The notes below the pieces were generated by a model. The model had not been told where the DNA came from, did no database searches, and saw nothing but the letters and a program-made list of their open reading frames with translations. A stretch of DNA of 35,153 nucleotides from an uncultured Lentimicrobiaceae bacterium (GTDB lineage: Bacteria > Bacteroidota > Bacteroidia > Bacteroidales > F082), in NCBI GenBank assembly GCA_964386145.1, contig CAYLSW010000001.1, positions 1-35,153 of the forward strand, read 5' to 3'. The position numbers and the translations under genes were made by a program. The number at the start of each line of letters is the position of its first letter. Position 1 is the first letter of the stretch. Shown here piece after piece: positions 8,990-18,051 of this stretch.

Positions 8990-10042
8990 ATGAAAAAAAG
9001 CTTAATGAAATTACAATGTCCACTTCCGAAATTTGATTTTGACATCATCACTTTAGCCCACGGCAGCGGTGGTTTACTCACTAATAAATTACTGGAAAGC
9101 GGTGTTTTCAGCTTATTAAAGAACGAAGAACTGGATCAGCATCACGATGGTGCTTTCCTGAATATGAATGGAAATATTGCTTTCTCAACAGACAGTTTTG
9201 TTATTTCTCCCGTTTTTTTCCCGGGAGGTGATATAGGCGAATTGGCCGTTAACGGAACGGTTAACGATGTGGCTATGTGTGGTGCCATCCCGCAATATTT
9301 ATCTTTAAGCTTTATCCTCGAAGAGGGGTTGCCTATTAATGAGTTTTGGGATATATTGGTTTCTATAAAGTTTGCGGCAGAAAAAGCCGGCGTAAAAATA
9401 GTTACCGGCGACACCAAAGTTGTTGACAGGGGAAAGGGAGACAAAATCTTTATTAATACTACCGGTCTCGGGCATATTCATCCCAAAGCAAATATTAATT
9501 TGATGAATATTAGAAAGGGTGATAAAATTATTGTCAGCGATGATATTGCTACTCACGGAATAGCTATTTTGTCAGTAAGGGAAGGCCTTGAGTTTGAGAC
9601 CAGTATCGAAAGTGATACCCGCAGTTTAAACGACTTAACTACTTTGTTATTAGATAAATTTGGTTCGGATATACATCTTTTTCGTGATCCGACAAGAGGA
9701 GGATTAGCCAGCACCTTAAACGAAATTGCCATGGACAGCAGTAAGGGTATCGTGCTTCAGGATGAAGCTATCCCCGTTGATGCCCAGGTAAAAGCCGCTT
9801 GCGAGATATTGGGTCTGGATCCTCTCTATTCGGCTAACGAGGGTATCTTTATGATATTTGTACCGGATAACATCGCCTCCGGGGTGGTGAACGTGTTGCG
9901 AACTACCGAAGAGGCACGACATGCTGCGATAATAGGTACTGTAGTAGATGATCATCAGGGTAAAGTATTGATTACAAATCCAATGGGAGGTAAAAGGGTA
10001 GTGAACATGCCATTAGGAGAGCAATTACCTCGTATTTGTTGA
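8990..10042 (+). CDS. hypE: Carbamoyl dehydratase HypE
   Basis: HGSGG, STDSFV, FPGGDIG, NGTVND, TGDTKVV, RDPTRGG, ANEG, and the diagnostic C-terminal PRIC. Confidence 0.96.
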   Translation: MKKSLMKLQCPLPKFDFDIITLAHGSGGLLTNKLLESGVFSLLKNEELDQHHDGAFLNMNGNIAFSTDSFVISPVFFPGGDIGELAVNGTVNDVAMCGAIPQYLSLSFILEEGLPINEFWDILVSIKFAAEKAGVKIVTGDTKVVDRGKGDKIFINTTGLGHIHPKANINLMNIRKGDKIIVSDDIATHGIAILSVREGLEFETSIESDTRSLNDLTTLLLDKFGSDIHLFRDPTRGGLASTLNEIAMDSSKGIVLQDEAIPVDAQVKAACEILGLDPLYSANEGIFMIFVPDNIASGVVNVLRTTEEARHAAIIGTVVDDHQGKVLITNPMGGKRVVNMPLGEQLPRIC

Positions 10043-10166
10043 CATATTAATTCGGTTTTAATGCGAAGCTGCGTAAGAAGAAAGTAGTAAGATTGTGGAA
10101 AACCCGCCGACAAAATGAGGCACACCGGGTTATGGAGATTTTCAGTCCGGAAGATGAACCAATTTT

Positions 10167-11258
10167 TTATTTGTAAATCTTCATTTTGTCAAGTGCTTTT
10201 TGATATTTTCTCGCATTTATTTGCTGCATACGGTAGGTTTCGGCAAAGACATGATAACCCGACATATTACTTTTTGCAGAGAAGAAAAGGTAACGGGTTT
10301 TGTCATAGTTGAGTACCGCATCAATAGACGAAATAGACGGAATACAAATGGGCCCCGGAGGCAACCCCCTGTGACGATAAGTGTTGTAAGGCGAGTCAAA
10401 TTCCTTTTGCACATTCAGAACCCTGTGAATATTCGGATTCCCAATAGCATAAATCACTGTTGGATCAGCCTGCAGCCGCCACCCGTCACGTAACCGGTTT
10501 ATGTAAACGCCGGCAATAAGCGGCTTCTCATCATTTTTGTTTGTCTCCTTTTCTACTATGGAAGCCAAAATCATAACCTGAGTAGGCGTTAACCCGGCAG
10601 CACGTGCTTTTTCACGGCGGCTTTCATTCCAGAACCTTCTGTATTCCCGTATCATCCGGTCAACAAATTCCTTTGCTGTTGTATTCCAGTAAAACCGATA
10701 AGTGTTGGGGATGAACAAGGTGAGTACAGGAACAGTATCAACACCGGCTTTTACCAAATTACTACTGTCGTTCAGGAACTTCACTATATCTGCTGAGTCA
10801 GCTTCAATTTGTTTACTCACTTTACCGGCCAGTTGATAAATATCACGTATATTGTTGAAAGTAACATTCACCGGAACCTGTTTCCCTACCCGCAACATAT
10901 CCACCAACTGGTTATTGGTCATACCATTTACGAGAATATAGCGGCCTGGTTTAACCAGCTCCGGCAGTTTTTTCTTCTGTGCCCACCATTCAAAATTCTT
11001 CCGGTGAACCACAAGCCCCCTGGTATAAAGAATTTCTTTAAGCTGAGCAAAATCAGCACCTGTGGGGACGTAAATGCTTACTGTCTCACCCTGTGGTGTC
11101 CACACATTGGGACTATTAATCGCCTGATAAACAAAATATCCTGAAATTACTGCCAACAATATCAAAACAAACAACAGCCGAATTACAAACCTGCCAAACC
11201 GACGGTGTCTTTTCGTTGGCGGTCCATATTTTGAATGGTAATACGCCATAGCGCTCAT
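10167..11258 (-). CDS. mltG: Endolytic transglycosylase MltG (YceG family)
   Basis: N-terminal TM helix; PNTY; LASIVEKET (catalytic Glu); IAGVYINRL; LQADPTV; SPYNTY...GLPPGPI. Confidence 0.93.
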   Translation of the reverse strand: MSAMAYYHSKYGPPTKRHRRFGRFVIRLLFVLILLAVISGYFVYQAINSPNVWTPQGETVSIYVPTGADFAQLKEILYTRGLVVHRKNFEWWAQKKKLPELVKPGRYILVNGMTNNQLVDMLRVGKQVPVNVTFNNIRDIYQLAGKVSKQIEADSADIVKFLNDSSNLVKAGVDTVPVLTLFIPNTYRFYWNTTAKEFVDRMIREYRRFWNESRREKARAAGLTPTQVMILASIVEKETNKNDEKPLIAGVYINRLRDGWRLQADPTVIYAIGNPNIHRVLNVQKEFDSPYNTYRHRGLPPGPICIPSISSIDAVLNYDKTRYLFFSAKSNMSGYHVFAETYRMQQINARKYQKALDKMKIYK

Positions 11259-11270
11259 GTTGTTTTTCCT

Positions 11271-11801
11271 TTAATTTTTAGCAATAAGCTGGAGGAGGCT
11301 CTCATCGACCCACTTTCCGTTTTTCCTGTTCCACTCCTTTTTCACACCGACAACTTCAAATCTCCGGCTTTTAAAAAGTCTCAAACTTGCCAAATTTTCA
11401 TTTTCGATATTGCAAAAAAGCTGATGCAAATTTAAAAAATTAAATCCATAATCAATAAGGATGTCCAGAGCCATACCGGCAAAAGATTTTCCCCGATAAC
11501 TTTCAAGAAGGACAACTCCCACCCCGCCCCTGCGGTTTATTGCATCCAATGCAAACAGGTCTATCGTTCCAATTATTTTGGTTTCATTATCTTGGGCAAG
11601 TTCGATGACGAAACGCACCTGGCCTGCTGCAAACGGATCTTGTTTGTTAGCGGAGAAAACATATTGCTCCAAATCAAAGCGGGCAAAAGGCACAAATGTT
11701 TGTGAAGCATGCCAAAGCAAGACATTATTCTCCAGATTAAAGAAGAAATCAATATCCTGAAGCTCTACAGCCCTCAATCTTATGTTATCTTTTTGTAACA
11801 T
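11271..11801 (-). CDS. GNAT family N-acetyltransferase (RimJ/RimL/SpeG-like)
   Basis: IRLRAVE..D, IGTIDLF, YRGKSFA acetyl-CoA loop, LNLHQL, NLASLRLF. Alternative start at 11819. Confidence 0.85.
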   Translation of the reverse strand: MLQKDNIRLRAVELQDIDFFFNLENNVLLWHASQTFVPFARFDLEQYVFSANKQDPFAAGQVRFVIELAQDNETKIIGTIDLFALDAINRRGGVGVVLLESYRGKSFAGMALDILIDYGFNFLNLHQLFCNIENENLASLRLFKSRRFEVVGVKKEWNRKNGKWVDESLLQLIAKN

Positions 11802-12009
11802 GGGAAAGCAAAATTGCATATTTCTATTGAATTGAGCGTATTTTTTGTCATTTTTTTTTCCATTTCCGGAAAATCAGCCATAATTTCCGGTTTTTTTGAC
11901 AGGATGACCCGGAATAATTTTACATCTATCCACCCGTCACCTTTGATTATCACCTAATTTTGTTTTTATTCACTAAATTAATTTATTTTAGCCTTCTCAT
12001 TTTTAACCT

Positions 12010-13131
12010 ATGATACCACCAAGTACAGACAATAAAAGCAGCACCTCCATTAGTGTTATCAAAATTACGGGCGGGTTGGTTATCATTGGCTTCCTTTTGT
12101 GGTATTTCTCCGATATTGTAGGGTACGTGATAGCAGCTACCTTTATCGGATATCTCGGAATTCCATTAGTTAAATATCTGGATCGTGTACAGATACGGAA
12201 GTTTAGGCTACCCCATGCGTTGAATGTTGTGCTCACACTGCTACTGATGATTACCATTTTTACAGGCTTCATCATTTTGGTAGTCCCTTTAATGCTGAAA
12301 CAGGCTGACGTTATAGCTTCTATCAATATCAACGCTGTCTTTTCCCACTTTCAGGAGGCTCTCGTCAGAGCACGACATTTTCTCGTTCGCTACAATATTG
12401 CCAATTCAAACACAACCTTAAGCAGTCTTTTATATGAGCAACTAAGCCACATTATTGATTTAGCGAGGTTTACCAACATTTTTTCGACTATGATAGGGAC
12501 AACAGGTTCCTTTCTTATGGGTATTTTTATCATTTTATTTTTGACCTTTTATACGATGTTGCAACCGGACTTATTAAAAAACTTTATTTTAAACCTTACC
12601 CCTGCAAAATACGAACATGAACTGAGCAACGTACTTACGGACTCACGCAGGCTGCTCACACGATATACTTATGGCATTTTTGCGGAAGTAGCCATAATGA
12701 TGACTTTGGAAGTGGTCGGATTGACGATTTTAGGTATTCCAAACGCCTTACTCATTGGCTTTCTCGGCGGGCTTATGAATATTATCCCCTATCTTGGCCC
12801 CCTCATAGGAGCCACCACAGGTGTTGTGCTGGCGATATTGTCACAGTTGGGAATGGGAAATTATGACAACATTGTCGGTACGGTACTTATCGTCCTCGGG
12901 GTTTTCGGTGTTGCCAACATGATAGATAACTTCGTTCTTCAGCCACAGATATACTCCAAAAGCGTGAAAGCTCATCCCGTGGAGGTTTTTCTCATCATCA
13001 TTATTGGTGGTAAACTGGCCGGTATCACAGGCATGATTCTTGCTATACCTTTTTACACCATAATAAAAGTGGTGGCACGACAGTTTATGAATCACATGAG
13101 GGTCGTACAGTTCTTAACACAACGCATGTAG
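12010..13131 (+). CDS. AI-2E family transporter
   Basis: Multiple TM helices; MNIIPYLGP; DNFVLQPQIYSKSVKAHP; GMILAIP. Confidence 0.9.
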   Translation: MIPPSTDNKSSTSISVIKITGGLVIIGFLLWYFSDIVGYVIAATFIGYLGIPLVKYLDRVQIRKFRLPHALNVVLTLLLMITIFTGFIILVVPLMLKQADVIASININAVFSHFQEALVRARHFLVRYNIANSNTTLSSLLYEQLSHIIDLARFTNIFSTMIGTTGSFLMGIFIILFLTFYTMLQPDLLKNFILNLTPAKYEHELSNVLTDSRRLLTRYTYGIFAEVAIMMTLEVVGLTILGIPNALLIGFLGGLMNIIPYLGPLIGATTGVVLAILSQLGMGNYDNIVGTVLIVLGVFGVANMIDNFVLQPQIYSKSVKAHPVEVFLIIIIGGKLAGITGMILAIPFYTIIKVVARQFMNHMRVVQFLTQRM

Positions 13132-13224
13132 TTTGGCTTTTTTTAACAAAGAATGCGTAACTTTTTTTGCAAAAAAAACTATAACAGAATAATATGTAAT
13201 GTTTAATCTAAAAAATTTAAACCC

Positions 13225-13557
13225 ATGAGCAACAATAAATCACATTCAGGATTTGCCTTTTTTTCAGGCATGGTCATTGGTGCTGCCATCGGAGCCATTG
13301 CAGGCTTATTGTATGCACCCGAAACCGGCGAACAGACACGGAAAAAAGTAGCCGATAAAACCAAAGAAATGTCAGACGAGCTGCTGGATCAGTTTGACGA
13401 CTTAAAAGAAAACGTAAACAAAATTCTGGAAGATGTCAAAAAAACAGGTTCCGAATTGTTAGAAGATGTCAAAACAGCCGGCACCGAAGTTTTGGAAGAT
13501 GTCAAAAAAACCGGCGCCAGCGTTGTTGAAGATGTTAAAAAAGCTTCAAAAAGCTGA
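13225..13557 (+). CDS. YtxH domain-containing protein with C-terminal 11-residue repeats
   Basis: GxxxG-rich TM followed by LYAPETGEQTRKK (YtxH signature), then an amphipathic repeat tail. Confidence 0.85.
   Translation: MSNNKSHSGFAFFSGMVIGAAIGAIAGLLYAPETGEQTRKKVADKTKEMSDELLDQFDDLKENVNKILEDVKKTGSELLEDVKTAGTEVLEDVKKTGASVVEDVKKASKS
13426..13554 (+). repeat. 33-bp in-frame tandem repeat, ~4 copies (xEDVKK/T...)
   Basis: GAAGATGTYAAAA recurs every 33 nt, giving LEDVKKTGSEL / LEDVKTAGTEV / LEDVKKTGASV / VEDVKKASKS. Confidence 0.9.
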
Positions 13558-13574
13558 TGGCTTTCAGTAAAAAT

Positions 13575-13618
13575 AAACCAACCATCCGGAAGAAATTCTG
13601 AATGGTTGGTTTTTATTT
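13575..13618 (+). terminator. Intrinsic terminator/hairpin downstream of the YtxH gene
   Basis: AAACCAACCAT...ATGGTTGGTTT 11-bp stem followed by T-rich sequence. Confidence 0.65.
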
Positions 13619-13626
13619 AATGTTAG

Positions 13627-14271
13627 ATGAAGAAAAAAAGAAAATACCGGATGGATAATTCGGATTTCAGACAACCCATTAAAGAGCTGATTGACGACAT
13701 TAAAACTTATGTGGACCTCCGGCTGGAATACAACAAAGTAGTTTTCCGTAAGAAATCGGCGGAGATGATGGGAGGGCTGGTACTGTTCTCTATGTTGTTC
13801 GGGATTTTCGTATTCGTCCTCATGTTCTTATCCTTTGCTTTTGTCAACTGGTATGCCTCGCAGGCAGGAACCCGCATGGGCGGATTCCTTATAGTCTCCG
13901 TCTTTTACCTTTTCATTGCACTTATCCTCTTTGCTTTCAGGGAATCAATTATCTTTTCAACTATACGGAAAATTCTTGGGAAAAATCTTTCCAGCACAAA
14001 AGAGAAACAGTTTCTTGCCGGAACAAGTTTCTCCAATGAAAGAATGACCGATAAATACCTCGAACAACTAAAAGATAAGAACAGAAAGCAGGAAAACAAA
14101 ATCCAACAACAATTTAATACGATAAACGAAGCTTTTAACGCAGTAAACATAGCAAAGGCTATGATAAATTCAGGTATTCAGGCTTTTGTAACCACATCAA
14201 ACATAATCCGCACCGTCTTTCAGCTAACCAAACGATTAAAAGCAAAAAACAGGAAAAAATTAGAAGACTGA
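13627..14271 (+). CDS. Two-TM membrane protein, 'phage holin family'/YqjE-like
   Basis: YVDLRLEY..., two TM helices and a charged coiled tail; neighbour of a YtxH gene as is common in Bacteroidota. The start may be the ATG at 13651. Confidence 0.6.
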   Translation: MKKKRKYRMDNSDFRQPIKELIDDIKTYVDLRLEYNKVVFRKKSAEMMGGLVLFSMLFGIFVFVLMFLSFAFVNWYASQAGTRMGGFLIVSVFYLFIALILFAFRESIIFSTIRKILGKNLSSTKEKQFLAGTSFSNERMTDKYLEQLKDKNRKQENKIQQQFNTINEAFNAVNIAKAMINSGIQAFVTTSNIIRTVFQLTKRLKAKNRKKLED

Positions 14272-14310
14272 TTTACAGCCTGTGATTTATAAGATAAGTC
14301 TTATGAACCT

Positions 14311-14874
14311 CTAAATCGTCATAATGTCTTTCTCCTTCACTTCAAAAAGTGTCTCTATTTTACTAATATATTTATCTGTCAGTTTCTGAATTTCATCCAG
14401 CAAATGTTTTACATCGTCTTCGGGAACCCCCTCTTTTTCCAGCTTTTTAGCATCATCATTAGCACCACGGCGTCCATTGCGAATGGCTACTTTGGCATCT
14501 TCCGTTACCTGTTTTGCTTTCTTCACTAAATCAAGCCGTCTCTCTTCCGTAAGCGGAGGTACATTAATACGAAGAATGTCGCCCTCATCTATGGGATTTA
14601 ATCCCAGGTTGGCATTCATAATTGCTTTTTTAATATCATGTATTGTAGATTTATCAAACGGCTGAACAACAATGGAATGCGGGTCAGGAGTATTAATATT
14701 AGCCGTTTGTTCTATGGGAGCCTGGGTTCCATAATACTCCACTCTTATGCCACTCAGCATACCCGGGGAAGCCTTGCCTGCTCTGATTTTCTGGAACTCT
14801 TTTTCCAGATGCCGGATGGAATGCTCCATACTTTCTTTAGCTTCTTCCAAAACGAAAATTGCGTCATCGGTCAT
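14311..14874 (-). CDS. frr: Ribosome recycling factor
   Basis: IRAGKASP, VEYYG, NLGLNP, PPLTEERR, AKVAIRN, EIQKLTD, KEKDIM. Confidence 0.97.
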   Translation of the reverse strand: MTDDAIFVLEEAKESMEHSIRHLEKEFQKIRAGKASPGMLSGIRVEYYGTQAPIEQTANINTPDPHSIVVQPFDKSTIHDIKKAIMNANLGLNPIDEGDILRINVPPLTEERRLDLVKKAKQVTEDAKVAIRNGRRGANDDAKKLEKEGVPEDDVKHLLDEIQKLTDKYISKIETLFEVKEKDIMTI

Positions 14875-14994
14875 AATGATAATTTTTGTTGCACAAATTT
14901 ATGAAAGTTCGACAAACAGTCGCTAAAAATTATGTTAAATATACAATGACCCTCATTAAGCATAAATTTATATTTTTGTTCAAAACAAATCGTC

Positions 14995-15681
14995 ATGGCA
15001 GAAGCTTCGGTTATATCACTTCAGGAATTATCGGTTTTTCAGAAAAACAAACTTGTTTTGGCTCATGTAAACCTACGGGTTGAGCAGGGAGAATTTGTTT
15101 ATCTTATCGGGAAAACCGGAAGCGGAAAGTCGAGTCTGCTACAAGCCATTTTTGCAGAATTACCGGTCGAAGCAGAGGAAGCAACGGTTTGTGACTTTGA
15201 CTTATTAAATCTGAAAAAAAACAAGATTCCTTTCCTGCGTCGAAAAATGGGTATTATTTTTCAGGATTACCGTCTTCTTGAAGACCGAACTATTGAAGAC
15301 AATCTCCTTTTTGTGCTGAAAGCCACAGGCTGGAAAGAGAGCAAAACCATCAGCAAGCGGGTTATGGAAGTTATGTCGGATGTGGATTTAATAGCCAAGT
15401 TGAAAGCGCGGCCTCATCAACTGTCGGGGGGCGAGCAGCAGCGTGTCGCCATGGCCCGGGCATTACTGAATAATCCCGAACTTATTCTTGCCGATGAACC
15501 TACGGGAAATCTTGACCCGCAGACCTCCAACGAAATTATGCGCCTGCTTTTTAAAATCTGCGGGGAAGGTCGGGCGGTAATTATGGCAACCCACAACTAC
15601 AACCTGATTCATAAGTTTCCCGGACGGGTGGTTAAATGTGAGGAAGGCAGTATTATCGACTCAGACAATAAGCTCAATTAG
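14995..15681 (+). CDS. ftsE: FtsE-like ABC ATP-binding protein
   Basis: Walker A GKTGSGKS; [18 protein letters not shown]; [15 protein letters not shown]; [10 protein letters not shown]; MATH. Confidence 0.8.
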   Translation: MAEASVISLQELSVFQKNKLVLAHVNLRVEQGEFVYLIGKTGSGKSSLLQAIFAELPVEAEEATVCDFDLLNLKKNKIPFLRRKMGIIFQDYRLLEDRTIEDNLLFVLKATGWKESKTISKRVMEVMSDVDLIAKLKARPHQLSGGEQQRVAMARALLNNPELILADEPTGNLDPQTSNEIMRLLFKICGEGRAVIMATHNYNLIHKFPGRVVKCEEGSIIDSDNKLN

Positions 15682-16788
15682 TTTTTCCACATTATCTCCG
15701 TTCACATAGATGGTTTGCAGATGGGCCTGCCGCTCAAATTTCAAGGCTGCCGTAAATGGTTTTTTCATAAGCCCGGTGAGTTGAATTTTCATTTCAGGAA
15801 TCCCGTTTGTAAGCACACACAACTTATCCAAATTACTACCACTGAGCATTTTATCGTTTGTAAGCACAAACCTCCCGTTATAAAGAGCATTCAATAGTTT
15901 AAGTTTTAAACCTGTAGCCTGGTTTGTGAAAAAAATATTCACGTGTGCATTTCTTATTAAGTTGTTGAGCAGGTCATCAGAAGGGTTGGCAATCAACTCA
16001 ACCAAAGGGTACTCAGCCACCAGCCGCCACAAAGACCGTGGTGGGTTAAGCCCGGCAATTTTAAACGGAATTTTTGAACGCCTAAACACCTCATTCAAAA
16101 GTGTGGTAACAGCATTAATATTTTCCGGTACGGACAAATTGCCATGATACAAAACATATTTCCCCTGCCCGGTTATACTTCTGACAACCGAATAAGGATG
16201 AAAAGCAGGCACATAGACCACTGACTTATATTTTGAAGAAAAATAATTGTAATCCGTATGGGAAATAGCCAGTATAAAATCGGCTTTTGTCAGAATCTGT
16301 TCATATTTTTTCAGCTTAACCGCTTCATTAAAAAAATAGTACTTTTTAAACAAATCCGATTCAGCGCGCGAAAGATTTCTATAATATTCGTGCTCAATAT
16401 TGTGTGCCCTTACTATAAGTCTCCTGCGTTTAAGTCTTTTTTCGAGCAAAAGCCCGGTAGTATGCAACCCCTCCATGATAATCGGATAATCATCTTTAAG
16501 CAAGTTGCTAATAAGATATTCTGAAATACGTGTTTCGATAATGTAAGGATTGCTTTTAAAAAGATGTTTTTTGGAAATATCGCGTCTGTAATAATGAACC
16601 TGATGGAAAATTTCTTCCAGTTCCGGGACTTGCTTTCTACCATACACAAAGCAATGGAGATGTACTTTTACACCATGTTCGGCCAGCGCTTTGGCTTTAT
16701 AAAAAACATCGATGACACCACCATAATTTGCCGGATAAGGCACATCAAACGAAATAATATGTACATGAAGTTCAGATATATTTTGCAT
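15661..16788 (-). CDS. Glycosyltransferase (GT-B fold, GT4-like)
   Basis: HIISFDVPYPANYGGVIDVFYK, HNIEH, YHGNLSV, TGLKLKLLNAL; overlaps the upstream glycosyltransferase gene. Confidence 0.8.
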   Translation of the reverse strand: MQNISELHVHIISFDVPYPANYGGVIDVFYKAKALAEHGVKVHLHCFVYGRKQVPELEEIFHQVHYYRRDISKKHLFKSNPYIIETRISEYLISNLLKDDYPIIMEGLHTTGLLLEKRLKRRRLIVRAHNIEHEYYRNLSRAESDLFKKYYFFNEAVKLKKYEQILTKADFILAISHTDYNYFSSKYKSVVYVPAFHPYSVVRSITGQGKYVLYHGNLSVPENINAVTTLLNEVFRRSKIPFKIAGLNPPRSLWRLVAEYPLVELIANPSDDLLNNLIRNAHVNIFFTNQATGLKLKLLNALYNGRFVLTNDKMLSGSNLDKLCVLTNGIPEMKIQLTGLMKKPFTAALKFERQAHLQTIYVNGDNVEKLIELIV

Positions 16789-17890
16789 AAATCTTTTTCA
16801 ATTTTATCGACTCGTTTTCCCAGCAGAGTTCACGGGCGGCTTTTTGTGTGTTCCGCCTCCATTGCAGCAGCTTTTCAGGCCGGGAAAAAATCTCATTTAC
16901 TTTCTGTGCTATATGCTGCGGCTGATGGTCAGGGATAAAATCACCAACCTGATAAGTATCAATTATCTTCCTTATCTCTACCAAATCGGAAGCCAAAACA
17001 GGAATGCCGGCATAAAGATAATCAAAAATTTTGTTGGGAAGGCTGAACCTGTAGTTCATATTTGTATCCTTGTCCAGTGACAATCCCAGGTCGGTGGCAG
17101 CAGTGTATTGCATTAGCGTTTCATAGGGCTGGCGTGGTTTAAACAAAACCTTTTGCTCCAAATGCCATTGTTTTACATTCTCTTTTAAAATAGTGATGAC
17201 ATCTCCCCCACCGACAATAAACAAAACAGCATCCTCAATAAAGCGCATGGCTTCTACCATCTCTTCGGCTCCACGCCTGATGTTGATACCTGAACCCTGT
17301 AAAATCAAGATTTTTTTATCCTCCGGCATGGAGAGGGAAGCCCGGCTTTTTTTTTCAATTTTTTCTGCGGTTTGCGGAACGTTTCTGATCACCACAGGGC
17401 GTATCCCATACTCCTCAGCATAGAGGTCTGCAATAGAATCGTTTACCGTAATCACATCCTTCAGTCCGGGGAAAATCCATCGCTCCACCAGCTTCCATAT
17501 TTTTCGTTTGAGGTGGCTATTTTCCAATTCGGGGACACCGGTAAAATACTCATGACTGTCATAAACCAATGGGATACGCCTTAATTTCGACACGAGATAA
17601 TTGGGCAACAATGTGTCCAGATCATTGGAAACCAGCAGTCCTGATTTATGAAACAGCAGAAAGAAAAAAAGCCGAATCTGGAAACAGGCGTAAAATGCGG
17701 GGCCTTTTTCAAACAGCAGTTTCATCCGGTGCACAGGATAGGGACGTGTATCCATGCGGGGACTGTTGTGCATTCTCCGGCCAACCAAAACAAGATCGAA
17801 CCCCATTTCGTGCAACGACAGGCAGACCTTTTTTACCCGCTGGTCAGTGGCCAGGTCATTAATAACAGAAACTATCACTTTGCATCCCAA
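16772..17890 (-). CDS. Glycosyltransferase family 4
   Basis: DQRVKK, NDLDTL, YDSHEYF, RGAEE, SLPNKIFDYLYAGIPVLAS, LCWENE. Confidence 0.88.
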   Translation of the reverse strand: MGCKVIVSVINDLATDQRVKKVCLSLHEMGFDLVLVGRRMHNSPRMDTRPYPVHRMKLLFEKGPAFYACFQIRLFFFLLFHKSGLLVSNDLDTLLPNYLVSKLRRIPLVYDSHEYFTGVPELENSHLKRKIWKLVERWIFPGLKDVITVNDSIADLYAEEYGIRPVVIRNVPQTAEKIEKKSRASLSMPEDKKILILQGSGINIRRGAEEMVEAMRFIEDAVLFIVGGGDVITILKENVKQWHLEQKVLFKPRQPYETLMQYTAATDLGLSLDKDTNMNYRFSLPNKIFDYLYAGIPVLASDLVEIRKIIDTYQVGDFIPDHQPQHIAQKVNEIFSRPEKLLQWRRNTQKAARELCWENESIKLKKIYAKYI

Positions 17891-18051
17891 ATCTTTCGAG
17901 GTTGAAACTTTAAATAAAAATCGTTATTCCAGGCAAAAATTACCTACTGCACAAAAATAAGGAAAGCACCAATGCCGAGACAATCTTTTCCGGCCAAAAA
18001 CTGACCCAACCGGGTTAATCTATTATCTTTGCTTTTTTATTTTAGAAACGA

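Noticed and set aside
11860-11915. Repeated TTTCCGG motifs between the GNAT and AI-2E genes
   Set aside because: Short and degenerate, with no associated -24/-12 promoter or other supporting structure.
13426-13554. CRISPR-like periodic repeat
   Set aside because: These are contiguous in-frame 33-bp coding repeats with no unique spacers and no cas genes.
13627-14271. Prophage remnant suggested by the 'holin family' protein
   Set aside because: No phage genes are nearby; YtxH plus a holin-like membrane protein is an ordinary chromosomal pair.
14995-15681. FtsE-like ATPase without ftsX, overlapping the convergent glycosyltransferase by 21 bp
   Set aside because: Unlinked ftsE-like genes and short convergent overlaps are commonplace in Bacteroidota.
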